DNA of 64,000 nucleotides from an uncultured Planctomycetales bacterium (GCA_964645795.1 CAZYCL010000001.1:31194-95193), one strand, 5' to 3'. Counted from the stretch's first letter, positions 38,339 through 46,820 are shown. Numbers and translations are program-made. The notes: generated from the letters alone by a model not told the origin.

Positions 38339-38947
38339 TTAAATATCTAACATAAATCCTTTGCTTTTAAAACACTGCCTTAGCTTGTTAACAATGCGGT
38401 TTTTTTGCATATCTACGGCCCCCCTGGAGGCCTTAAATATATCTTGCAACAAAGCCAGGCTTATGCCTTGATTGATGTGCAATTCAATAAAATAGCGCTC
38501 CTGTGGAGTCAGTGACCGCAGGCAGTCTTTTAAGCCGTCAAGTAATTCAGCCCGGCTTGCGGCATCGTAAGCAGAGACGGAGCCGGCATCGGCTATCTTG
38601 TCGCCTAAAACCGAGCCCCGGCTATCCTCATGATCCAGGGAAATGCTCATTTTTCGCGCCCGGACAAAATCGACGGTAAAGTGGATAGTAACTACCCTGA
38701 GCCAGGTGGCAAGCGAAGAGCCATTTTTGGCCTTGAAAGATTTTAATTTGCGGCAACCGTCTTTAAATAACAGGCAGAATATATCGTTGAATACTTCGTT
38801 AACCAGGTCTCTTGGCACAGGAACAGCGGACTTTTGGAAAACAGTTAGAATGTAGTTATATATAAGGCGGGAGTAACGGGAAATGAATTCTTCTAAGGAG
38901 TGTTTATCGCCGTTGGAGCAGCTCTGGATTAACTCCAGATCGTCCAT
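38339..38947 (-). CDS. ECF-type RNA polymerase sigma factor (sigma-70 regions 2 and 4)
   Basis: 202 aa. A region 2 pattern is present. Region 4 is LTPQERYFIELHINQGISLALLQDIFKASRGAVDMQKNRIVNKLRQCF. Confidence 0.75.
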   Translation of the reverse strand: MDDLELIQSCSNGDKHSLEEFISRYSRLIYNYILTVFQKSAVPVPRDLVNEVFNDIFCLLFKDGCRKLKSFKAKNGSSLATWLRVVTIHFTVDFVRARKMSISLDHEDSRGSVLGDKIADAGSVSAYDAASRAELLDGLKDCLRSLTPQERYFIELHINQGISLALLQDIFKASRGAVDMQKNRIVNKLRQCFKSKGFMLDI

Positions 38948-39024
38948 AATGAGATAATTATAGCATCTTTACTGAAGAAAACTAACAAAAAACGAGGGTT
39001 AATATAAGGATAAGGCGGCAGGGC

Positions 39025-40731
39025 TTACTTGCCGAATACCTCTTTTAGGATGGTGCGGGCGGCGTTTTCGGCAATCAGCCTGTTGCCTTTATCCGTGCAG
39101 TGGCCGAAGACGCCTGCGAACATATCCCTAAAGTATTCTTTTGAAGGGCTTTCCCTAAGGGCATCTTTAAATACCTGTTCGTTGTCCACAAAGACAACCC
39201 CGTCTTCCCTGCCCCGAAAGATGCTCTTTAGGGGGACCAAACTGCGCACAGGATACTGCATACACACCAGCCTGATCCCCCTCTCATCGCAGGCCCGCTT
39301 AAGGCTAAGGTAATTATCGGAGGTCATTTTATCGTAATACATCGTTGTTTTACGGGCTGACCTCTTCTCATATTGTTCGGCCAGCTCAGGCTTTTTCATA
39401 TCTCTATAGAGCCCGGATATCAAAAGCAGCAGCCACCTGTCGTTCGAATTCAGCCCCAATGCTTTCTGCAAAAATAACTCTGCCTCAAGGAACCTGCCTT
39501 GAAACCTGAGGACCTCCCCCATCCTCATATGCCCTTCATACCTTTCGGGGTCCATTGCTATCAGCTTCCTGAACAAGGTTTCGGCTTGCGCCGGATCCCC
39601 CCTGGACAAATAACAGCATCCCATATCCAAATTTCCTTGATAGTCCCCGGGGTTCAACCACGCTGCTTTCGCCAGTGCAGCATCGGCTTCACTGCGTTTA
39701 ATTAAAGATTTCGTATAAAGACTCTTGGCTTTTGCTAAATTACCCGCATCCTTCTCAAGCAAATGCTCATCATCCAGGATAATAGCCTGTTCGTTGCAGG
39801 CCAACGTGAGATTAATGAATGCGAGATAATTATCCGGCTCTAACTCCGCAGCCTTTCTATAGGCTTGCTCTGCCTGGCCAAAATCTCCGTATCGTATATA
39901 AAATTCACCCAATTTCATATATGAATCAAAAACCGGCTCTGACTCTATTGGTTTCTTCAATTCGGCTTCAGCCTCGCGGATCCTGTTCATCAGGCAATAC
40001 AGATTCCCTAGTTCGGCATATCCTTCATAACGATTGGGCCATACTTCTATGGCCTTCTTCAATGCGGCTTCGGCGGAAGAAAAATCCCCGCGATCGCGAT
40101 GGCCTCTGCATTCTTCCAGGTATTCATCGAAGCCCTTATCAGGAGCTTGCGGGCGACTTTCATCGTTGTGTTTACCGGGTTTCCTGCTTGACGAATAGGC
40201 ATATTGCGCATCTCTGAACTTGGCGGCAATGTGCATCTTAAGAAAGTTTAAGAGCCGGTATAGCTTAAGCGACATGTAAAAATGGCGGTCCCGGGAAGCA
40301 TCCGACAGATTAACGGGTATGTGCGGACCAAAGTCGTTTATCCCCATCATGACAACGATCATGTCCGGCTCATAATGGTCGAGGCTTGATTGCAAGGATT
40401 GCACTATGCGCAGGGAGTTAGCGCCACTAATGCCCTTATCGATAACGCTGAATTTTATCCCGATATTGCTCTGATTGAGTATCTCTTCCAGGGGCCCCGG
40501 CCATTGTCCCTGGGTAGTGGATTCACCCAGGCACATGATACGGTAGGAGCCTTTTTGCCTAGAAGACCGAAGGTTCTTGTATTCCTGCAGTGAGACGATG
40601 AAAAATCCGGCCAGGCGCATCCCCGCCTCTACGATAATCAGAACAAGGATCAGCCCGAAGAATGACAAATATGCTTTCTGTCTTAAAGAAGTCCTGGCTT
40701 CGGTAGCCTTAGATGCAGTCATTTGGAACAA
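39025..40731 (-). CDS. Membrane-anchored SGNH/GDSL-hydrolase-like protein with central TPR repeats
   Basis: It has an N-terminal TM helix. RIMCLGESTT (GDS-like block I) and MMGINDF (block III-like) are present. TPR units lie between aa ~190 and 440. Confidence 0.5.
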   Translation of the reverse strand: MFQMTASKATEARTSLRQKAYLSFFGLILVLIIVEAGMRLAGFFIVSLQEYKNLRSSRQKGSYRIMCLGESTTQGQWPGPLEEILNQSNIGIKFSVIDKGISGANSLRIVQSLQSSLDHYEPDMIVVMMGINDFGPHIPVNLSDASRDRHFYMSLKLYRLLNFLKMHIAAKFRDAQYAYSSSRKPGKHNDESRPQAPDKGFDEYLEECRGHRDRGDFSSAEAALKKAIEVWPNRYEGYAELGNLYCLMNRIREAEAELKKPIESEPVFDSYMKLGEFYIRYGDFGQAEQAYRKAAELEPDNYLAFINLTLACNEQAIILDDEHLLEKDAGNLAKAKSLYTKSLIKRSEADAALAKAAWLNPGDYQGNLDMGCCYLSRGDPAQAETLFRKLIAMDPERYEGHMRMGEVLRFQGRFLEAELFLQKALGLNSNDRWLLLLISGLYRDMKKPELAEQYEKRSARKTTMYYDKMTSDNYLSLKRACDERGIRLVCMQYPVRSLVPLKSIFRGREDGVVFVDNEQVFKDALRESPSKEYFRDMFAGVFGHCTDKGNRLIAENAARTILKEVFGK

Positions 40732-40752
40732 GCGAAGCGTTTTAACACAAAA

Positions 40753-41010
40753 CTACTCCATCACTTCCGCATCGGTGTCAATGGCCTCATTCGGAGCTTT
40801 AGGCTGTCCTGCCGCCATTCTCCGAATCCGCAGCTTGATGAGAAAGGACGTCAGAAAAAGCAGAATAATAAGGAACACTTCGATTACCAACCATGCAGAA
40901 AGCCTGAAGAACATCCATCCGAAAAAGGAGTTTAGGAAGATAAGCAGCGGCAGCAGGCAGCCTGCCCCGCTTAAGACCAGTATCTGGCGATGCCCGAACG
41001 CAGCCGGCAT
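40753..41010 (-). CDS. Small membrane protein (two TM helices)
   Basis: 85 aa, hydrophobic. Confidence 0.35.
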   Translation of the reverse strand: MPAAFGHRQILVLSGAGCLLPLLIFLNSFFGWMFFRLSAWLVIEVFLIILLFLTSFLIKLRIRRMAAGQPKAPNEAIDTDAEVME

Positions 41011-41360
41011 CAGGTATTGTTCCTTAACAGAACCAGGATAGCCGAGTGCGGAACGACGATGAACTTCTTCTGCTCAAACTCCAGCTCAATGCCTGCGCTG
41101 CGAAGGAATATGCAGTAATCGCCTTCCTGGGCCTGAAGGGGAAAGTATTTATTTTCGTGCCTCGGGGCCTGCCAGGGCTCGCCATCAATTGCCTGGGGGT
41201 CCGGAACCGGATACCCCGGCCCAACCTTGCTTACCCTGCCGCCCTGGACCTTCTCTTTCTCTTTTACCCCTTGCGGAAGATACAGGCCGGTATCGGTGCG
41301 GTCCCCTTCTTCGCTCGGCTCTATCAGGACCCTGTCGCCGACTACTATCAATTCTTTATC
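41010..41360 (-). CDS. GroES (Cpn10)-family co-chaperone-like protein with an insertion (start likely MDKELIVVGDRVLI)
   Basis: VGDRVLIEP...TGLYLP...QGGRVSKVGPG...GDYCIF pattern. No groEL is nearby. Confidence 0.55.
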   Translation of the reverse strand, partial: DKELIVVGDRVLIEPSEEGDRTDTGLYLPQGVKEKEKVQGGRVSKVGPGYPVPDPQAIDGEPWQAPRHENKYFPLQAQEGDYCIFLRSAGIELEFEQKKFIVVPHSAILVLLRNNT

Positions 41361-41367
41361 CATTTGG

Positions 41368-41877
41368 CTAAAACCTCTCCCAATGCAATAATTCTGCCAG
41401 CGGCTTTTTATCCTTATGCGAAGGCCCGGCTGCATCAGGGTAGCCGAGCGCGATGAGGCTTACAAGCTTAAGCCTCGCTGGCGCAGCCACAAGGGCTGAG
41501 ACCCTTGAGCAGTAATCCTTCTTATCCCCGGCTATCCAGCAGGAACCGACCCCCAGCGCCTGAGCCGCCAGCAGGATGTTCTGGGTGGCTGCCGAGCCGT
41601 CTTCCAAGTAATACTTGGTGTCATCGCAAAAAACCATGACACAGGCAGCAGCCCCGGAAACGAACCTGCCGTTCTCGGCGAGCCCGGAGATCTCTGACAT
41701 CACCTTTTTATCCGTCACCGCCACAAACTGCCAGGGCTGGACATTCCTGGCGGTAGGGGCCAAACGCCCCGCATCGCAGATCTGCTCCAGAACGTCTTTG
41801 GGGATTGGCTTATCTTTAAAACTGCGGCTGCTGCATCTTTTCCTGATCGCCTCCAAAGCATCCATTATCCCTGCCAC
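41368..41877 (-). CDS. Nitroreductase family protein
   Basis: RCSSRSF...PTARNVQPWQFV signature. Confidence 0.8.
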   Translation of the reverse strand: MAGIMDALEAIRKRCSSRSFKDKPIPKDVLEQICDAGRLAPTARNVQPWQFVAVTDKKVMSEISGLAENGRFVSGAAACVMVFCDDTKYYLEDGSAATQNILLAAQALGVGSCWIAGDKKDYCSRVSALVAAPARLKLVSLIALGYPDAAGPSHKDKKPLAELLHWERF

Positions 41878-42248
41878 CTCTCTTTCAGCTTCTCATCCAG
41901 GGCTTGAGGCTTCAAACTCCTATCTACGCAGACCATGGTAGTCTTTGCCCTGACAATAAGCTTGCCGTGCTGATTGGTTATCTCGTGCTCAAACTCTATG
42001 CGTACGCTCGTCATATTGGCTATGCGCACGCTTACCTCCAATGTATCTCCGTATAAAGCAGGCGCCTTATAATCAACCTCCTGACGCGCCACCACAAACA
42101 ACGTCCCGCTATCCGCCAACTCCTTTACCGGCGTGCCCCTTTCAGCGAAAAACTCAGTGCGCGCTTCTTCCAGGTATTTAAGATAATTGGCATAGTAAAC
42201 CACTCCCCCGCAATCGGTATCGTGGTAATAGATACTTATCTTCATCAT
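41865..42248 (-). CDS. Acyl-CoA thioesterase (YbgC/4HBT hotdog fold)
   Basis: YYHDTDCGGVVYYANYLKYLEEAR N-terminus. Confidence 0.8.
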   Translation of the reverse strand: MMKISIYYHDTDCGGVVYYANYLKYLEEARTEFFAERGTPVKELADSGTLFVVARQEVDYKAPALYGDTLEVSVRIANMTSVRIEFEHEITNQHGKLIVRAKTTMVCVDRSLKPQALDEKLKERWQG

Positions 42249-42397
42249 CCCTCCCGATGCTGTATTATATAGCTATTTGGAAAATAATCAAGCTTGGAGA
42301 AATGCAAAACTCCTCATATCTGACGGTGCAATAACGGGATGGGTTACTTAACCCCTTGATATAAAGAAAGTTGCGAACATTTTCCATATAAATCATA

Positions 42398-42425
42398 TTG
42401 ACAAAATCCGCCCGGACGCTATAAT
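42398..42425 (+). promoter_or_regulatory. Near-consensus sigma70 promoter (TTGACA-16-TATAAT)
   Basis: TTGACAaaatccgcccggacgcTATAAT lies about 165 nt upstream of the 42589 start codon. Confidence 0.55.
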
Positions 42426-42500
42426 TAGATTAACCAAATGACATAGCAATTTCGAATGGCGTGAAAATCTCATATTCGATCCCGCAATGCATTTGTTCAT

Positions 42501-42531
42501 CCCCGCTGTTAATGGCGGGGTTTTCCTTTTT
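42501..42531 (+). promoter_or_regulatory. Intrinsic terminator within a 5' leader (CCCCGC-TGTTAATG-GCGGGG plus TTTTCCTTTTT), a candidate attenuator or riboswitch expression platform
   Basis: A perfect 6-bp GC stem is followed by a plus-strand U-tract. It lies between the promoter and the SD/ATG of the 753-aa gene. No plus-strand gene lies upstream of it. Confidence 0.5.
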
Positions 42532-42588
42532 AAAAGCATTGATCCGGCAAGTTAATCGTAAAATAAACACATTCGGCAGCCAAAGGCG

Positions 42589-44850
42589 ATGAAAGAGGAT
42601 ATTTTTACATTTGCCAGGAACATAATAACGCTCCTGCCCGGTGCGCCTGATGATCCTGCCTTCCGGCAAACCGCAAACTCTTTTATCTTGCTGCTTCAAG
42701 CGGATGCGCAAATAAAGAAAAAGGTCTTTGGTTTATCGCCGGCCGCGGACGAAACAGCGTTCAAGAATAAAATCCTCCCCTTTTTCGAAGAACAAACCGG
42801 GATTAAAAAGACCCCTTTATCTGAGGAAATACTGCGGTTCCTGGCCTGTGCAGCTGCATATATCATCGTATTCTGCGACACTCAAACCTGCGCAATAGAA
42901 AGATTCCTCTTTATCGAGAATGCGGCTTTGGGCAATAAAAACAATTACTACCTGCAAAACGCCATTAAGGAGGTAACCGGCGTCCTTTCGGATATGTCTT
43001 CGAAGAATTTCATAATTAATGAATCCAGCCGCTCCGAGAAGCTCTCGCCGGTCTTAACATACCTTCCAAGGATCCATATGCGCTCCCCTATTAACGCCCA
43101 CCTTTCATATTTATCGGTAACCCGCGATGGATACCACGATTCTGTATTTTTTCCAGAGAAAATATCGGAAAAGGATGAGGTTGAATATTTAAAAGCATTT
43201 TATGATTTTGCCGACTTCTACCCAAAAATAGAGCTGTGGAAAGAATCTGCCTGCCTGGCAGCGGTTAAAGTTGCCTTTAGGATCATCAAAGATTCGCCCG
43301 GGAAGAATTTAAAGCTGCTGAAGAGGCGCATGGATATGATTTGCAAAAAAGATGCTGGCTACTTAAAGGTCTGGAGGCAGATTGAAAATATGCAACCGGA
43401 CATGATCGCCGGTAAGTTCGGCTTTGAATCATTAAAGATAAGGGAATTAAAGACCGTGCTTGATTTCTGCTTGCTGCTTATAGCTGTGGCATTGTGGTCC
43501 GCAGGCGGGCCCCGCATGCAGTCAACCGCAAGGCGCACGATAGAAAGATTCCGGCAGAAGTATAAAAACAATTCCTCGATTATCAAAAAAACGGCTTTAT
43601 GCCTGCTCTCCATGGATTTCGCTTTCATGCAAAATAACGCAATCGGGGCATTAATGCACGATGAACACCGCTCAATACTCAATGCGCTCAAAGCCATCAA
43701 CCCTGAAACTCATGTCCGGCCTCTTGTCGGACTGCAGCCGTGGGCCAGAGACAGCTTTGCGTGGCTTGATGAAGAGTTCCGCCTGTTTCTGCAACCCAGC
43801 CTCGGGAATTTGCAAAAGATCAACTACCGCGGGAATCTTACCGAAGGAGGTAATATCGTCTTCGGTACCGCGAAGGGAAAATTTATACTGGTATCAAGAG
43901 AATCGTCTAAAGATGAAATTGAGCTCATCCAGCTCTACCTGGAAACTAGAAATCGGCGAATACAGATGTACGTCTTGCCCGGCGGCTTTACCTGGACAAG
44001 AAACACGCGCACAAAAGAAGATATTATCCTGAACTCCAGCCATATAGACTCGGTGATCAATATTGTCCCCTCCGGCTGCACGATGGACAACAGAATTAAG
44101 GTTATCGTCGACCCGCATTACTATGGCATGGTAAAAGAGGAGCCAGAATTCAGCCGTTTTATCAGGGAGCAGGAAATTTGGCCTGAAGACGTGGTCATAA
44201 TTGACGAAAGGGAAAAATATCTCAACCTTGCGAATTTTAGCATTGTCATTGACCAAAAAAACCGAAAAATGGCCCTATTCAACAATGACAAGGGGTATAC
44301 CCTGCACCGCCTGAAAATTAAAAAAGAGTGCCTCTTTAAAACAGGCATTGAAATTACCAACATATCGGCGTTCAACGGCAGCATCCGCTGCGTTACTAAT
44401 GTCTTCCCTTCCTCTCAGCTCAAAAATGAAGGGCAGCTCTTAATTGCCGTAGGCGCCGGAATACCCCAGGAATCGGAAGCGCGAATACTGGCCCTTTTCG
44501 CCGATAAGAAACACCTGCTAAAACATCTCAAGCGCTCATGGATATCGTGTTTATTTATTCGCCATTATACTGGGAAAAGCTACTCTGAATTCGACGGCTT
44601 GAGCCTGACCTTATTGATCGGCCTTAACAGAAGCGACCTTGACAACCCTGAACGCGCACGTATTTTCATTGAGCGCAACATCAACCGTTACTGCTCTCAC
44701 TTAAAAAGGAAAATGGGAGTATCATCTTGCGGGGAAACCATAACCGACGCCCCATCCGCCTCCCCTGGAATCGATTGTTTTATACGGCGCGGCTCAGGGC
44801 AAACAATAAGCTATGATGAGTTCATCTCCATGCCTCAGGGAAAACCCTGA
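42589..44850 (+). CDS. Large hypothetical protein with a ~380-aa N-terminal domain of unknown function and a C-terminal agmatine deiminase/PAD_porph-like guanidino-modifying domain
   Basis: 753 aa with a good SD (AAAGAGGA). The C-terminal half carries W-A-R-D-S, TEGGNIVFG and a terminal NGSIRCVTN motif. In agmatine deiminase/PAD-type enzymes the corresponding motifs are WxRD, EGG(S/N)I..DG and GGGNIHCIT with the Cys nucleophile. Confidence 0.6.
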   Translation: MKEDIFTFARNIITLLPGAPDDPAFRQTANSFILLLQADAQIKKKVFGLSPAADETAFKNKILPFFEEQTGIKKTPLSEEILRFLACAAAYIIVFCDTQTCAIERFLFIENAALGNKNNYYLQNAIKEVTGVLSDMSSKNFIINESSRSEKLSPVLTYLPRIHMRSPINAHLSYLSVTRDGYHDSVFFPEKISEKDEVEYLKAFYDFADFYPKIELWKESACLAAVKVAFRIIKDSPGKNLKLLKRRMDMICKKDAGYLKVWRQIENMQPDMIAGKFGFESLKIRELKTVLDFCLLLIAVALWSAGGPRMQSTARRTIERFRQKYKNNSSIIKKTALCLLSMDFAFMQNNAIGALMHDEHRSILNALKAINPETHVRPLVGLQPWARDSFAWLDEEFRLFLQPSLGNLQKINYRGNLTEGGNIVFGTAKGKFILVSRESSKDEIELIQLYLETRNRRIQMYVLPGGFTWTRNTRTKEDIILNSSHIDSVINIVPSGCTMDNRIKVIVDPHYYGMVKEEPEFSRFIREQEIWPEDVVIIDEREKYLNLANFSIVIDQKNRKMALFNNDKGYTLHRLKIKKECLFKTGIEITNISAFNGSIRCVTNVFPSSQLKNEGQLLIAVGAGIPQESEARILALFADKKHLLKHLKRSWISCLFIRHYTGKSYSEFDGLSLTLLIGLNRSDLDNPERARIFIERNINRYCSHLKRKMGVSSCGETITDAPSASPGIDCFIRRGSGQTISYDEFISMPQGKP

Positions 44851-44926
44851 CGCATGAATGATCGCACATATTTCTTGAAATAAAATCCATGTCGGGATAG
44901 AATATAGGCTACGAAAGGGAGCGGAT

Positions 44927-45079
44927 ATGGAAGAAAACAATCCTGTTCTGGAAAAAAAGCTTCAGGAAATTGACCAGCGCATTGACAAAAAGTTTGAGCC
45001 TTTTAAGGAACAGCCGATCATGCAGCATATCGCTGGGCTTGCAAAAGACTATCTTAAGAAAAAGATAAAACTATCCTGA
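44927..45079 (+). CDS. Small ORF (50 aa, charged/helical), absent from the ORF track
   Basis: It has a strong SD (AAAGGGAG) 7 nt upstream of the ATG. Its stop lies 4 nt before the HDOD gene ATG, which suggests translational coupling. Confidence 0.4.
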   Translation: MEENNPVLEKKLQEIDQRIDKKFEPFKEQPIMQHIAGLAKDYLKKKIKLS

Positions 45080-45083
45080 TACG

Positions 45084-45935
45084 ATGAAGCGCGAAGAGAT
45101 AGAACATTCGCTGACGCAGGTAAAAGAGCTTCCCACGCTGTTTAAGAATTATTCGGAGCTGCGCCTGAAACTCCAGAACCCGGATGCATCGTTCGCGGAA
45201 GTAGCCAAGCTCATTTCCCTGGACCAGACGCTCACCACCAAGATCCTGCGCAGCGCCAACTCCCCCTTCTACGGCCTGATGAACAGGATCTCAACCGTCC
45301 AGCACGCAATAGTCATCATAGGACTGGAGGGAGTGCAGTATCTGGTGCTTAACACCGCGGTGCTCAATTTCTTCACCAAAGGCTTGGCGGCCGTGGAAGG
45401 CTTTGACATTACATCCCTCTGGGAACACGCGCAGGGCGCGGCGATATTCTCCAGGCTTATCGCCAAAAAAATCCGCCACCCTTCACCGGAAGAGATGTTT
45501 ACCGCAGGGCTCATCCATGACATCGGCAAACTATTTGTTTACAAGTACTTTCCCAAAGACTTCGCGCAGATAATCGTAGAGGTAAAAAAACAGAACGCCT
45601 ACATACTAGACGTGGAAAACCAGGTACTGGGGATAAACCATGCCGAAATCGGCGAAAAACTATTGAAGCAGTGGAACTTCCCCGAAAACCTGGCGCTCAT
45701 CACCGCCTTCCACCATGACCCATCCCTTGCCGGCGAACAGATGAAGAACGCCAGCATTGTGCATCTTGCCAACATAATGTGCTGCGCCTTCGAGATAGGC
45801 TCGCGCGGCGACAACAACATCCCGATCTTCCGGGAGAACGCCTGGCAGGGACTCGGTCTGAACACCCAATCACTTAACGAAATCGCCAGTGAATTTGAAC
45901 AGGAGATCAACAACTTCAATTTCATCGGCACTTAA
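45084..45935 (+). CDS. HDOD domain signal-transduction protein
   Basis: It has FAEVAKLISLDQTLTTKILRSANSPFYGL and GLIHDIGKL patterns of HDOD (HD-related output domain). Confidence 0.75.
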   Translation: MKREEIEHSLTQVKELPTLFKNYSELRLKLQNPDASFAEVAKLISLDQTLTTKILRSANSPFYGLMNRISTVQHAIVIIGLEGVQYLVLNTAVLNFFTKGLAAVEGFDITSLWEHAQGAAIFSRLIAKKIRHPSPEEMFTAGLIHDIGKLFVYKYFPKDFAQIIVEVKKQNAYILDVENQVLGINHAEIGEKLLKQWNFPENLALITAFHHDPSLAGEQMKNASIVHLANIMCCAFEIGSRGDNNIPIFRENAWQGLGLNTQSLNEIASEFEQEINNFNFIGT

Positions 45936-46817
45936 ATGCTCTCCCTTGTCGCCCCCAATATAATCAATGACACATCATTCGAATACCTGATCAACCAGCT
46001 GCCGGAGCCGGAGAAGATCCAGGAAAAAGACCTGCTTATTGACCTGGGCATAACCGAAGCCGTATACCCTTACGGGCTGCTTGGAACGCTAGAGTTAGGT
46101 ATCCACCTTAAAAATATGGGCTTGAATCCCAGGCTTAACCTCCCAAAAAATGAAAGCGTGCTGCAAAACATGAAAAGCAGCGGGTTCATAGAAATGGCAA
46201 GCCTGGCCTTCAAGGAACTTATGGGAGCGTGCACAAAACCCGCCGAAGACCCCTCGGTGCTGCTTAAGGTGACTCCGGTTGAAAGTTTCAAGGACGTGCA
46301 CAATATCGTATCCAGCGTAAGAAACAGGATAAAAGAGAACAATTATAGCGAAGACGATTACACCTGGGACAACATTATCGTAGCCATATCCGAAATCTGC
46401 CAGAACATACCCGAACACAGCAAAGACAAGGGTTTTGCGCTCATAAACATTTTATTCAACAAGGCCCACAAGAAGCATCTGGTCAATATCGTGGTAATGG
46501 ACCTGGGCGTAGGCATCAGAAGCTCGCTGGATAACAAGTTCTCTCCGATATTCAGAGATAGGTGGGGTGACCGCCTGGCCATACATAAGACGCTCTTTGA
46601 GGGCGTATCGCGTTATGATGACCCCGGAAGGGGCAACGGGATCATCAGGACGAGGGAGCTGGTAGTGGAGAAATTCAAAGGAAATATGAGCCTGCGCTCA
46701 GGGACTGCCAAGCTCTGGGGCAAGATCCCCGGCTGGGAAATAGAGAGGCTATTTAGAAAACCTTTGGTTTTCTTGCCCGGCGCCCAGGTCAATATCACCA
46801 TACCCCTTTCCCAATAG
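45936..46817 (+). CDS. GHKL (HATPase_c-like) ATP-binding protein, anti-sigma-regulatory-kinase-like, with an N-terminal domain of unknown function
   Basis: N-box-like EICQNIPEH, G1-like VVMDLGVGI and G2-like GRGNGIIRTRE motifs. Its start abuts the HDOD stop. Confidence 0.5.
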   Translation: MLSLVAPNIINDTSFEYLINQLPEPEKIQEKDLLIDLGITEAVYPYGLLGTLELGIHLKNMGLNPRLNLPKNESVLQNMKSSGFIEMASLAFKELMGACTKPAEDPSVLLKVTPVESFKDVHNIVSSVRNRIKENNYSEDDYTWDNIIVAISEICQNIPEHSKDKGFALINILFNKAHKKHLVNIVVMDLGVGIRSSLDNKFSPIFRDRWGDRLAIHKTLFEGVSRYDDPGRGNGIIRTRELVVEKFKGNMSLRSGTAKLWGKIPGWEIERLFRKPLVFLPGAQVNITIPLSQ

Positions 46818-46820
46818 GAC

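Noticed and set aside
42430-42711. 93-aa minus-strand ORF spanning the promoter/leader of the 42589 gene
   Set aside because: It overlaps the consensus promoter, leader terminator and start of the plus-strand gene. It has no SD and a Cys/Arg-rich arbitrary composition.
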